A DNA stretch of 64,000 bases from Phoronis australis (GCA_002633005.1 NMRA01000042.1:62001-126000), one strand, 5' to 3'; shown: positions 38,996-52,199, counted from the stretch's first letter. Numbers and translations: made by a program. The notes: generated from the sequence alone by a model not told the origin.

Positions 38996-39419
38996 TTTGT
39001 ATGCCTACTGTACAGTGTATTTGTTATATGTCAGCATTTATAAATACAATAGAGCCAAGCTTCTGCTACAATGGACACGTTTTAACGCCAGTTAAAAATT
39101 TAACTGAAATGGATACAGAACATGTACTCGCAGCTTTGACCAATATCCACGTTGTCCAGCAGGCAAACTTGCTAAGCAGGGGAAAATGAAATATTGAATA
39201 TTTTAAGTTTCAGTTGTTAATCTTATTCAGAGACGATGACGGTGGAAAATAGAAATCAGGACCTCTTCGCTCCTTGAAACAAAGACAAATTCAGTGCCAA
39301 TTCTCAAACATTACATACATGAATACGCATTTACATTATTGTAAATAACGTAGAAAATAAATCTGAAACTAAATAAGGCGATCCAGATCCTCCCAAGGAT
39401 ACTATTGTTTCACGAAATG

Positions 39420-39620
39420 TAGAATATACAAATGTAAATAGGTAAATAAAACAACAAGAATGTAATAACGTCCTTTGTCTGTTGACAAAGGACGTTATTA
39501 CATCCGAAAATTTCAGTTGATCCATTCTTGTTGTTTTATTTGGATGGATCAACTGTAATTTTCGGGTGTAATAATTACATTATTAGATTCTTGTTGTTTT
39601 ATTTACCTATTTATATTCTA
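39420..39620. repeat. Compound inverted-repeat (foldback) structure
   Basis: Outer arms taaataggtaaataaaacaacaagaat / attcttgttgttttatttacctattta enclose two inner hairpins (39461-39502 and about 39495-39574). Confidence 0.8.
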
Positions 39621-41479
39621 CATTATGGTAAGAAACGTTTACAATGTATAGCGAGTTGCATTGCACTTTTCGCCAGCACTACCCACAAACACGTCAGAAA
39701 CATTGATCACGTCATTTGTCGATGGACGTCTCACTGCATGCCAAAGGAATCTTGATCGATCTCGTCGTTGGTATAATAGCTGAACATCCGCCTGAAACGA
39801 TAAATGCTTTGCCTGAACAATTGGATTGTGTAGGTTGAGCGTGGATCACTACTATGACGTTCACTCATCAGTTGGTGCATTTCAGCACTTGAAGCGTTAT
39901 TCACTTCTGCTGAGAAAGGCAAAAATACTGTCGACTATGCCTGATTTCCAATGTTAATTTTTTGATATATCAGCCTCAGTATGCCTGTAGTATGTGCTTA
40001 GAAACAAAGTTGCTCACCATTTTCGAACATAATGGCGGACACCAACTACAACGACAACCAACAGTGCAATTCCTATTGGAATTACTATGGAGAACCAGTG
40101 CTTTTTCATCCAATTCTGAAATAAGATACTTGGAACTATACAATTGTGTTAGCAATAGTTAAAGCGGTATTTGCCTATCCATATGATATGGAATCGAGCC
40201 ATCACTTGACGGTCCTTTCCACGAACTACTGTGTAACGATTTCCGTGTCGATGCAGTGAGATAAATCTCGCAATTTCTCAACTTGTGAGTCACCAATCGT
40301 CACATCGGGTGGAGAAAGGGGGTGACTGACTAACTTCGTAGGAAAATGAAATTTAAGCGTTTACTTGCAACATCAAGATGCATCTTCCAGAAGGGGTTCT
40401 GCTGTGAACAAGAAGCTCGATAAAGCATACCCTTTGCAAACGTGTATTTCAACGAGTCTAAGAAGACAACAATCGTAATCCGTACAAGAATCCGACGAAA
40501 ATTCAGTGTCAGAATAAATATTGATTAAGTAATTAGTAAGAATAGATCCATTTTAAGTTGCCCAAAATTTGTGCATATGTACTTTTAAATCATGGAGTCA
40601 GACTTGTTGACATGTATTTTAACGTCAAAATCTATTTTTAGATGGTGTTTACAACTTTGGGTTCTGGGGTCAAAGTACTCTAGAGATTCTAGAATATTCT
40701 GAGAACAAATTGTAACAGCCAATAATGCGAGTGGATATGATCATGTGGTTTTTATTAGCCAATCACTAAAGAAGTAGAATGTTATATTATGGGCTGAAAT
40801 CAACAAGATAATTAGATGCGCTATAGTAGTTGAAGCATAAAGACTTGCTACGGTGTACAGAAGAAATTGTACGACAGAACCATCTCGTGGAAGATTCTAG
40901 AAAGGATCTTGGCAAGGGCAAGGGTTAACGAACAGGAAGTTAACTAAGAGCTTGTCATTTGCATTGTGGGTAGTAAGATACTACCTGAAGTGTTGCGTCG
41001 TCATCAGCCAGAGACTGTGATCAGCAAGAAGAATCGCGGGTAGAAGAAATTGCCTGCAAGTGTTGCATCACCAGAGACGGTGACCAGCAAGTACACTGTC
41101 GCTATACAGTGTGGGTACAGTAGTTCGAAGATTCACCAACAGGACAGACATCCAACAAGTGGAGAGTCCTAGCTTGGATAGCAGATAAGACATTTGATTG
41201 TTTTGGTTATTTGATTAAAGTAATATTTAAAGAGGGCGCTAGCGTAGTTACTCTTTGTAGTTGATTACTTCATTAACAATAGGTTTCATTTGTCTACTTA
41301 GGGGTTATCATATAATAAATTAATTACTGGATTTGATTATTGACTCACCATCTACGCACAATCTCAAAGCATAGCTACCTTTTAAACAAACCCACCGTCA
41401 ATCATATGACATTCAAAAGACAGCATCGTGAACACAAGTCGGATCTACGGTCTCAACTTAGACAGAAATAAAGTCCATT

Positions 41480-43195
41480 TTTGACGTCGGTGAGCATAAA
41501 CTACGTTTTCTGCACCTGTTGCAAACTCACAAGACTAAGGGGAAAGGGGGGGGGGGGGNGGGGCAGTGTGTGAAATACGGTTTCAAGAATAATATTGGTC
41601 TTGAAACTCTAAATAGTGATCCATGCACAGTGTGGATAAAATTGGTTACTCGTTTCTTTGCAAAGACCTTCAATGGCCAATAGACACAGTCACTGCTATG
41701 GCTGGAAAAATCATTTGAAATGTGCCGGTAAGTCCCACGGCATTGTCTCTACGGCCTTTAGCGGTTCTCGAATCGAAAGCGTGAGATCTTCAATTTGAAT
41801 TGTTTACATGTAGGTGTGAACAATATCGAAGAAATTTGTTCCTCAATAGATTACAGGGATAATAGTCCTTAATCATGGTCCGTAGCAGGCTAATTTTCGG
41901 TCTTGGCTCGGACGGTCTCTATTAAATTTGGTGCTAAGAAACCGAGCGAAGGCATTTTGGTCTTCAGTTAAACTTATTTTGGTCGACGTTAAGACAGAAA
42001 ATTTTCCACTTGACGGACCCCTGGACGTGTAATTTGAAGCTCAGTTTATATACACGAGTTACGATTGAGGGCTTGAGATTAAACGGACCAAGTTAAAGAG
42101 GCACAGAACATGAAAAAGACAAGAATTCCATTATTCAAAGTAGTTCTCTGCCACTAAGACAGAAGTCAAACTGTTTGCCAGGAATGTTTACCCCTTGTTT
42201 GCAAATGTTTTTAAATTTTTTATGATGACAAAGCACTTTTCCTTAAGTTTCAAATTAAAGAAAACGATCTGTCGGCTGCTTTTCAATTCGTCGAATATTC
42301 TCCCACAAGGCAAAGCACGTCTCCTTATCTGGTATGGCAAGACATAGACGCAGCATATTACCCTTATATGGAAAGTTTTATTATTAAGCGGAGGAGAGAA
42401 TTTGAAAAATGTATTGGAATGAAAGAATTTATACTTCGCTTGTGTTTCAAAAATAATGAATCAGACAACTTTCCAGAAATTTTTGCAATACTGAAAGTGA
42501 CCAACTCTCGCGTTAGTATACCCAAGACGTAGATTTGCCACGATCTGTTTTAAAATTATTTTTAATAGTTTTCGCGTTTCATGCACCTTTGAAATTCAGA
42601 ACATGTCGTTTCATGAAATAAAATTGGTCTGTGGCATTCGAGTTAAACTTAATCCGATATAAGTCGGTTTTCGCCATAGGTGAGCATAGTAACTACACTT
42701 TTGCCACCTGCTGCGAACTCGAAAACTAACTAGACGATGCAATATGAAAATTCGGGCATCAAGGCTTATATTGGTCTCGAAATCCTAAATGGTGATTTAT
42801 ATACCAGAATATGAATACAGTGGGGATCTCATTTACAGGAGAATGAGATAGTGGTATCGCTGGGATGTAAAAGTTGTTTCAAATGTGCAGTATGCCGCAT
42901 TGTATTGTCCATACAGTGATTCGCGAATCGTAAGCAGGCGATCTTCAATTTGATATCATACGCGGCTATTACCTTTGGAAACATTCGAAAAATATCACTG
43001 AAATTTGTTCCTCAACAGTTTATAATAGCCATTTAGACCAATCCATTGCAGGCTTACTTCCGGTCTAAGCGTAGACGGGTTTTGGCCCGTCTTAGCTACA
43101 CTTTCACGAAAGCTCATGAAATGGGGCTAGACAGACTGGTATTAAGTTAGCTTGATTTAGGTTCAAGTTAAGACCAGGAGAGTTTCATGAAATTG
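41480..43195. repeat. Two old diverged direct copies (~41480-41910 and ~42670-43080) of a Harbinger-like MITE-type element
   Basis: Shared blocks ggtgagcata..aactac, atattggtct.gaaa and gaaatttgttcctcaa. tttcatgaaa-type termini lie near 42608 and 43183. Confidence 0.45.
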
Positions 43196-44138
43196 AAAAG
43201 GTCTCTGATTCAAAATCTGAGTGTATGGTGGTAAAATTTGACTTCAGCGTGATTGGGTGGCAACGTACTTCGAATACCTTTCGCATAAACGACTTCCAAC
43301 TCTTACGCATTTATCCAATTCAATCTTGGATACAACACCACAACTGTACGTCTTTATACGCCAGCATAGCCGTGTCACGTGTCTAGGTAATTCTTCAAAA
43401 GGTTAGATGAAAATCCTCCTCGAAATTAGAGCAGTTGTTTATGAATCTACGAGAAAGTTAACCCTTGAATTCTCCGTAAACATCTTATAATCAAGATCGT
43501 GTCATGTTTTACCTTTTGGTGTTTCTGTTGGAGAGGGGGCGAACTAGGACGCTCCGCGTGCAGTTGATTATAAATCACATATGGTGATAGAAGTCCATTT
43601 AACATGCGTTCATCTTCTTTCGCTTTCGAGAAAACCTGCATTAACGTTTCTGCTTGAAGACCTTCGTCTAGCATCAAGGCAATGTTAACTTTGGTGAAGA
43701 GGTTGCTGAAATCAAAAACTCGTTTATCTAATCATGACTCGCAGAAGTATCAGTTAACAGCCTAGACGAGACAGATATTCATATACACACTTGTACACGT
43801 TCATGTAAAGTCCGAGTACACAATCACTTAAAATTTCGTTCCAAAAACCACTCCCTCGGTGATTCCTAGCTTATTTCTTAGTCCAAACAGATGCACATAC
43901 CTTCCATTATGTATGGCAATTTTGATGTGGCTTGCACTTATGTTTGCCCCACGAAGGTAATTGCTGACAAGAACTTGAACTGCGTGGACAACGTGTTTCT
44001 TGAGGATTTTTGTTTTAGAAATGTTGCCTTTCAAAAGCAGGGAATAGGTGGGACCTGGAAATGAAATGAGGAATTATACAATAACCGGATACACCTTTTG
44101 GGATTGATCACAGGAAGTGCCCAAGAAACTGCTACACC

Positions 44139-44449
44139 CCAGGGTCTAATCTGTTTACACGAAATTGAACTCAAATTGCATCTAACATTTCCCGTTACAC
44201 TTCAGAACGCACTCAAGACAAGTTTCTATTATTAGGTGCTCGACTCTATTCTAGTTTACGTTATTCACTGTGAACTCCTCTGTAGCACTTGATGACCCAA
44301 CATTAAATTTATACGTTCAAGTTTGAACTCGAAATCTCGAGTTTGTAGCACGAGTCTTGGGTCGTCAAATGCAAATTTGAGCTAAAATCTCGTTTGCATA
44401 ATCCACAATACACTCGAGTTTCATTTTAAATGAAATAATTAGACCCCGA
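44139..44449. mobile_element. MITE with gggtctaat termini
   Basis: cagggtctaat...gaactc is inverted relative to gagtttc...attagacccc, with an internal inverted pair gatgacccaa / ttgggtcgtc. Confidence 0.55.
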
Positions 44450-45316
44450 GCCCAGACTGATGAGAGTTAACGAATATCATGGGCTGTTTCTAACGTACAT
44501 GTACCTATATACTCGCCTACTGTACAGTTGGGACGCTATGTGTCACTACGGTGAGACCGTCTCGTATACTAGTCTACTCAAGTGCAACTGCCAAAAATCA
44601 TGAAGTTGAAATCGTCGACCTTTTGGGAGTTCGCTCAAAACTATTTCGGCTCAGACAACGTACGAGTAAGGGCCAAAGAAGAAGAAGGGAAAACCAGTTA
44701 TCAAAGGCTGAGGTGTATGTTGGTCATATCTGATATTACTACCGGCAATAATTAAATGCTGTTTTTCTCTAAATAACACGTGAGGTTACATTTGAAGACT
44801 GAGATGATTCCACGGTAAGTGGTGGCTTGCGAAGTAAATGACATGTAGGCCTATATATACACTATATATAATCACTTGTTAGGGACATTTGCGTTGTCTT
44901 TGAGCAAACTAACATGTAGTACATGAATTTTACATTCAGCGCGAAAAGGACAAGATGGCTTCAGAAAAAGAAACTTTTAGCTAGTATCCCGTATCCCGGC
45001 CTGTCTGCCGTTTTCCTTTCAACATGGAAACTGTCCTGATCCAGACTACACCATTAACCACTAGAACCATGTTGGCTGAAAAGTTTCCAGTGAGTGCAAC
45101 ATTTGAAATGTCAAAAGGATGCTAATCAATGTCTTAACCTTTTAATAGAAATTGTCTCTCACTGGATCACATGAATCTCTGTGACAAGATAATGCTTTGT
45201 AACCTTCGTCAATCCCAAAAGTTAGGAAATTTTCTTGCAAAACTAGTGAATTGGCGAGATTGACTGACGCTCCCCAAGTTAATGCAGTGACGACTGGGTT
45301 CGGGAGAAAAGTTCGC

Positions 45317-45374
45317 TTAGATAACAGGCTCAACTAAATGACACGATGTGAACCATACTGCAATTGTTGTCTCT
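45317..45374 (-). CDS. DSL-EGF gene, candidate last coding exon (RETTIAVWFTSCHLVEPVI*)
   Basis: Acceptor tactttttcag| is phase-compatible with the 45679-45766 exon. Stop TAA at 45317-19 and a minus-strand ATTAAA at 45141-46. Confidence 0.45.
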
Positions 45375-45678
45375 CTGAAAAAGTACTAATGTGCAATAGC
45401 AAGTAATCAGTTTCGGATGTAATCTTCAAAACAGGATTTAGTATCCTTTTTAAATGACTGGGAAAAGAGTATGAATATACGGTAATCAGATTTTAAATTG
45501 GGTTGCATGCATGAGACACATGTAGCTGCATTGGGTGCAGCCAGAATGAATTGAGGATCCTGAATTTTGACAAGATTTCAACTTGCATATTACATGTACA
45601 TGTATGTATGTTAATCGTCTTCACTAACGTTGAATGAAGTTTGGGATGACCACGGGATTGAGCCCTTCGTGTCACTAC

Positions 45679-45766
45679 CTTGCTTCAGTTATACAATGTA
45701 TTTTTGTCATCAGGCCATCTCTTCCCTCGCAGGCAGTATATGCTTTCTCACTAATAGGAAAATTCT
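45679..45766 (-). CDS. DSL-EGF gene, candidate penultimate exon (ENFPISEKAYTACEGRDGLMTKIHCITEA)
   Basis: Acceptor catttttgtag|, open frame after the phase-1 donor of the big exon, and a weak donor ag|gtagtg. Confidence 0.45.
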
Positions 45767-46207
45767 CTACAAAAATGATCAGACTCCAAACACCCTTTTT
45801 GCGGATAAACTTCACTCACTTCCACTCTCTAACGAAAGGACTGAATTGCTCGTATCCGGAACGCTGAATAAAAATTGTGTGAAATTTATGTTTCACGAGC
45901 ACTTGTTCGCAATACGTTTAATGTAAAAGATTGAGCATTGCGAGTGGATCTGGGGTATCGTAAAGAGCAAACACAGTTTTTGAAGGAGGCGTAACCGCTT
46001 CATACATATAAATGGCATGCTGACGTCGTAATTAAATATGTCCGTAGGGAGCGGCTCGCCTCTAAGCCTCCAACTGCGCACGCCGTGATACATGTACACT
46101 AAGCTTACTTGTAAGAAAATGTTGATGAGAAAACCCTTGCACTCCGTGGATAGAGAAAGTTGATTTACTCTAAACAAAAACGTGAAATAATGTTCGTGCC
46201 ATCTTAC

Positions 46208-49200
46208 CATAATTACAGGAACAAATGTAACCATCCTCTTTGGAGTTTTTTTCACAACCTTTGTTGCATGGACACTGTGCACAAACAGGACTCAGCGCCG
46301 CGTTGCACAGTTCACCGGACCATCCCACGTGACATATACACCTGAAACTGTCTACCCTGTCCACGCAATCTCCTTGGCCACATTCTGCCACTAAACAGTC
46401 GTCGATGTCTGTATCACAGCGTTCCCCAGTCCAACCACTCGGACAAATACAAACAGCGCTACCATTTGCGACTTTGCACGTTCCATGGGAACACATTTTA
46501 TGGCGGCACAAATCCTCATCCACCTTGTCGCATAGATGGCCAATCCAGCCACTGTCACAAATGCAATGAAAGTGACCGAGCGCGTCAAAGCAAGAGCCAT
46601 GCACACAGGGGTTGCTTTGGCATTCGTCAATTGGCAAGGTACAGTTTTTACCTGTCCAGCCGTGGAGGCAAGTGCAATTGTAGTCATCGACACCATCTTG
46701 ACAGTTACCATGTTGACATGGTGATTGAACACAGTCATCTATATTAATATCACACGAATCCCCAGTCCATCCGGAAGGACATGTACACGTAAATGACGCA
46801 TTATTGTTGACGCAGACACCCCTGACACACGGTTCCGAAATGCATTCATCGATGTCTTCGTCGCAATTTGTTCCCATCCATCCGGTATAACAGTTGCACT
46901 TGTAGTCGCCAACGACATCTTGACAGCGGCCATGAATGCATGGTGAACTTTGACACTCGTTAATTTCGACATCGCAATAGTCGCCCGTCCAACCAATCGA
47001 ACAAGAGCACGTGAAGAAGGGAGATTCGTTGACACACACACCACGCAAACATGGAGAAGACACGCATTCGTCTAGATCTTCATTGCAAAATCTCCCAGTC
47101 CAACCGGGACTGCAAAGACAGGAATGGTTATTTAATTGGTCAAGGCAAGCTCCACGCACACATGGGGAACTTTCGCATTCATCTATCTCGGCATCACAGT
47201 TGTAATCGCTCCATCCCGGATAGCATAAGCACGTATAGGAGAAAATGCCGTCCACGCATTCTCCATTATTGCACGGTTGTGAGGCGCACTCGTCCAGGTT
47301 CTCCTCACATCTAGTTCCGTTCCAACCAGGATCACAAGTGCACAAATACGAATTAACCAAGTCGGTGCAATTGCCGTAAACACAAGGAGCACTTTCGCAC
47401 TCATTAATTTCACGGTCGCAATGCCTTCCTGCCCATCCAGGACGACAAGAACACATAAAGTCGTTGAAGCCGTCAAAACAAATGCCGTGTCCACATGACG
47501 CGTTCACACAATCGTCTATGTTAACTTCACAAAATTGCCCCTTCCATCCTGGGTCGCAAGAACACGAAAAGTCGTTGACGCCGTCAACACAGGTACCGTT
47601 GAGACAATTTATATTAACACAGTCATCAATATCGTGCCCGCATGTCGGGCCCTCCCATCCAGCGAGACACGAGCAGGAATAGGAATTTAAGCCATCAACA
47701 CACGTTCCGTGTTCGCACGGTGAGCTGGAACACTCGTTCACGTCAGTCGCACAGTGAATCCCCGTCCACCCAGGGTCACAGATGCAGGAGTATGAATCAA
47801 CCCCGTCAACACACTGCCCTTTTATACACGGAAAAGAAGCGCATTCGTCAATATTTTCGTCGCAGTCGCTTCCCGACCATCCGTTATCGCATATGCACGT
47901 ATAAGAGTTCACTCCATCAACACACATGCCGTATTTACACGGTTGCCTTTTGCAATCGTTAACATTGACATTGCACCTTTGACCAGACCATCCGCTATAA
48001 CATAAACAGGAATACGAGTTATGACCGTCGACACACGTTCCGTAGTTGCACGTCACGTTGAGACAATCATCGACGCTCTCCGAACAAGCGTTTCCCTTCC
48101 AACCACTATCGCAGAGGCAAATGTATTGCTGATTGTCTCTCCATTGACACTCACCATGGTCACATAACATGGTTACACACTTGTCAGTTCTGGTGTCGCA
48201 AGACGAACCCGTCCATCCATCATTGCAATGGCAGGAATACGAGTCCACTCCATCAATGCAAAATCCATTGTGGCAAGGTAAATCGGCACAATCGTTTATA
48301 TTAACGTCACACTTGCTACCGGTAAAGCCTGACAGACACGAACAACTGTAGGCGGCGACGTCGTCGATGCAGGTGCCGTAGTTACACGAAACATCACGAC
48401 AATCGTCGACGTTGGCTGAACACGTGACTCCTTCCCACCCGTATTCACAAAAACAAATGAAATCCTCGCCATTATCGATACATTTCCCATGTTCACATGG
48501 AGAACTTTTACAAGAGTCGATTTTAACATTACAGAAATCACCCATCCAACCGTGGTTACAAATACAGGCAAAAGACGCAACTTCATCGATACATACCCCG
48601 TGATTGCAAGGCGAACTCTCACATGCGTTTATATTGGTTTCGCAGCTGCTGCCGGTCCATCCAGGAAAACACGAGCACGTATGTTCATCCAGGCAAATGC
48701 CATAACGACAGAAGGTGGAGCAATAGCCTCTTTTTTCCGCACATGTCGAACCTTTCCAGCCTTCTCTGCACTTGCAGGAAAACTTGTTTTCTAAATCTAT
48801 ACATTTGCCATGAACACAAGGGGAACTTTCGCATTCGTCAATGTTAACTTCACAGTTTCGACCTGACCATCCGCCATTGCACAAACAAGAATACGAAGAA
48901 TTTCCATCGCGGCAGATGCCGTGTTCACACAAGGATTTGGTGCAGTGATCTATGTTTGTCTCACAATGTTTCCCTGTCCACCCATCATAGCACAAACAAG
49001 AAAACGAAAAATTTCCATCACGGCAGATGCCGTGTTTACACGATGATTTTTTGCAGTCATCTATGTTTGTCTCACAGTGTTTCCCTGTCCACCCACCATA
49101 GCACAAACAAGAAAACGAAGAATTTCCATCACGGCAAATGCCGTGTTTACACGATGATTTTTCGCAGTCATCTATGTTTGTCTTACAGTGTTCCCCTGTC

Positions 49201-49861
49201 CACCCATCATAGCACAAACAAGTATATGAAGAATTTCTATCACGGCAGATGCCGTGTTTACACGGTGATTTTTTGCAGTCGTCTATGTTTGTCTCACAGT
49301 GTTTCCCTGTCCACCCACCATAGCACAAACAAGAATAGGAAGAATTCCCATCGCGGCAGATGCCGTGTTCACACAAGGATTTGGTGCAGTGATCTATGTT
49401 TGTCTCACAATGTTTCCCTGTCCACCCATCATAGCACAAACAAGAATACGAAGAATTTCCATCACGGCAGATACCGTGTTCACACGAAGATTTGGTGCAG
49501 TCGTTTATGTTTGTCTTACATTGTTTCCCTGTCCACCCGTCATAGCACGAACAATAGTAATCGCCGACTTTATCAACGCATTTGCCATTTCGGCACGGCG
49601 CCTGGCGGCAATCGTCTATATTCTTTTCGCATGTCATTCCTTCCCAACCATGTTCACACTCGCATTTGAAGGTTACCAATTGATTTGTGCAGGTACCGTG
49701 TACACAGGGTGTCTGAGCACATTGATTGATTTTAGTTTGGCATATTCTGCCAGTGTATCCAGGAAAACAGTGGCAATGGTACGAGTTAGTTCCGTCTCTG
49801 CAGCTGCCATGGTAACATGGGCTACTTTGACACTCGTTGATGTTCACTCCACACAGATTCC
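46208..49861 (-). CDS. DSL-EGF gene, giant 3654-bp exon with 32 complete EGF repeats plus one atypical repeat
   Basis: Acceptor caattccag| at 49861 and donor tatg|gtaaga at 46208. Repeats are mostly of Ca-binding EGF type, (D/N)I(D/N)(E/D)C...CxxGxC.D...Y.C.C..GWTG..C. Confidence 0.92.
48852..49517 (-). repeat. Coding tandem repeat: 6 x 111-bp near-identical EGF units
   Basis: Six consecutive (E/K)TNI(D/N)xCxKSxC(E/K)HGICRDxNxS(Y/F)xCLCxxGW(T/S)GxxC units with very similar DNA. Confidence 0.92.
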
Positions 49862-50201
49862 CTGGAATTGTACACAAACTTATATAATGAGTGTCAGTGC
49901 AAATCCTGAAGAGACAGTCAGTAAAGTCCGCTTTTTCTACTGAAATTAGAGAGATGGTAGAACTTTTTGTATTGCAAGCAAAAGGTACGAGTGGCATAAC
50001 AGCTGTATGTTGCATTTTAGGAGAGGTATACTTGATTGACTTCGCCGCTTCCACTCAGGTCTACCGGCAAAGACATATCTGGTTAATTCTCAGTGGCGAC
50101 TTTTGACTCTTAACCAAATCAGATTTCTTAGGGTAATAAATGACTTGGAATAATTTCTAGAGGTGGACATGCGAGGTGCTCCGGAGACCCGAGATACTTA
50201 A

Positions 50202-50450
50202 AGCGGCATTAAACCCGGTTGTTAAAATGGTCTCGCCGTGTTCCTTTTTTAAAAGTCATCTCTGGGCTAGAGAAGAACTGCATTTCATCAGAAAGTAAGC
50301 CCGTAAAACGACAGGTCACGTCATAGCCTGAAATTTTATGAGTCCAGCAATTACACCATTTCAAACGAAGAACAATTAAGACCAATTACCTACTGTAAGT
50401 GGACTAAGTGTAACCATTGATCCTTCAGCAAACTCTGGTGTAAAGCTGCT
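50202..50450. mobile_element. Intronic TTAA-flanked MITE (Kolobok-type)
   Basis: ttaa|agcggcatta ... taaagctgct|ttaa. Confidence 0.45.
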
Positions 50451-50708
50451 TTAATACGACTGCACGTGCGGTCAGAAATATCTGCTAAGTAGAAGGCCGA
50501 AAACATGCAATAATTCACCATCCTATCCTCAACGATCAATCACTTTAATGGGCGCAATGAACGTTGCGAGGGTGCGTAACTTCTTGAGCATACTCGCTTA
50601 AGACTTGCGGGGTTTTGCGTGAACTCGCTTTCAAGCAAGGTTTTAGGTCCACGGAACGCAGATTCGTTTGAGTGGAAGTGTGGTTTTTGGTGGACCAGAC
50701 GGTGCTAC

Positions 50709-50831
50709 CTGAAAATCCGGCTTCACATCTGCAACTGAACGTCCTGTGTCCATCTATGCATGTCCCGCCATTTAGGCAACTGTCTGGGCGACAGTCATTC
50801 TCACTGGTCTTGCAGTCCCTGCCAGTCCAAC
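50709..50831 (-). CDS. DSL-EGF gene exon: end of DSL domain plus EGF1 (GWTGRDCKTSENDCRPDSCLNGGTCIDGHRTFSCRCEAGFS)
   Basis: Acceptor atgtttcag| and donor tcag|gtagca give a 123-bp phase 1-1 exon that joins both neighbours in frame. Confidence 0.9.
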
Positions 50832-52071
50832 CTGAAACATTGATAGATAATGCAGTTATAGTTTTACAGATGTATCGGCCGTAACGCCCTAACCACTCCA
50901 CATCTCAATAACCATTTTCCGATTAGCGAGGTTAGTCGAGTCTCCCAAAATGGCCATAAGGTATTTCGCGGACAAATGTCATGCCAACTTATGTTCACGT
51001 GTCAGTTAAATGAACTCAGGTCAAAAGGCAGCGAGACTTATCATGATTTGATGTAAATTCGATGTATTTTTCATATTAATTTCGCCAAATTATGAGCGAA
51101 AGCAATTGCGCTTCGTCTTGGTCAATTTCGGCTTGTCGTGACGACAGATTTTGAAACTGGGTCCAGCGAAAGTGTGTTTTAAAGAGACCTGTGACGTAAT
51201 TAACAGCTTAAATTGCAATATGTAAAGTCTTTCTGAAACTGGATTCAGCTCATAAAGATTTTAAATTTCTGTTAATATCAAAGCATTTTCTTTCAGTTTG
51301 CAATTTCAAAAAAAAAAAAACAATCTGTCAACTGATCGCCACTTCATCGGTTTTACTTCCACAATTTTGTAATTCTTTCTGGGAGTGAATTACTCTGTGC
51401 TAGACGTTAGGAGATAGTACATTCGACAGGAATTGTTTAAAAGGTTTTTGGGAGCTTTTGCGTTCCATGACTCTTTAGGCCATACAACTCTGTTGCTACA
51501 AACCAAATTTTGTCGTTAAATGAAAATTTCGCGATTTCGGGTAAACAATAGGAACTAAAATGACTTTTCAAATAACCAAATAGTGTATCGGTCAAAAATT
51601 AATTTGAAGAACATTCTTTGGGAGTTTCTGGAATTGTAAAACGTCGATGACGTGTGAAATTTTACCATAGGTGACTTCGATAAGCGCACCAGATTCGGAT
51701 TCGGAAATGGAAGTGCGGAAACCCTAGTTTGTCGTGGCGGCGATTTAGTCCCGGGTGGTGACTTTTTCCACTGGCTATCTATCAATTCCAACCGAGTTAC
51801 ATGGAGAAGCAAGAAAGAGCTTCAGTCTATTGATGTTGAGTTAGGCGAAAATGTGCTTTGGATTTTAGCATCGGTAGTCGTCAGTCCCCGTATTGGTCCG
51901 ATGTTTGCCATTACCAGATTCTTCAGTTCGTTCGCAGCAGCCTGCCGCGGACAAAGCTGACTGAGAACCGACATTTCAAACAGTGTCTCTAAGATATAGT
52001 TGTAAACGAAGTGATGCGTATATGAACTAATGTTCCAATAGATACAGGTATCAGTTAATTAGTACAGTTAC

Positions 52072-52199
52072 CTCCCCTGCACACGGGTAGTCCTGTGTAG
52101 ACGTTACAGGCGTAGTGAACTGGATCAGGTATGCAGTTCACAGAACAGTAGCGCCCGTACCAGTTCTTGTCACAGGAGACGAATGCTTCAGCGGTGAGC
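52072..52199 (-). CDS. DSL-EGF gene exon: DSL domain (LTAEAFVSCDKNWYGRYCSVNCIPDPVHYACNVYTGLPVCRG)
   Basis: Acceptor ttttattcttcag| and donor g|gtaact. DSL Cys/aromatic pattern C.xxWYGxxCxxxC...HYxCxxxxGxxxCxxGWxGxxC. Confidence 0.9.

Noticed and set aside
40640-41370. Solo LTR (also ~58850-59800)
   Set aside because: It has LTR-like composition (ttctagaa repeats, aataaa), but I could not identify TG...CA ends with a TSD.
43620-43680. Penelope-type hammerhead ribozyme on minus strand (ctagacgaaggtcttcaagcagaaacg)
   Set aside because: The core deviates from CUGANGA and stem II pairs poorly; at best a decayed relic.
46391-49943. Many overlapping and antisense ORFs (e.g. 48956-49669 +, 49299-49943 +)
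   Set aside because: Shadow frames of the repetitive Cys-rich EGF exon.
49862-50054. N-terminal ~64 aa of the 1294-aa ORF as the true start of a fibropellin/Notch protein
   Set aside because: It has no signal peptide and lies upstream of a good acceptor at 49861 that joins the 50709 exon in frame, so it is intronic read-through. No LNR or ankyrin repeats are present, so this is not Notch.
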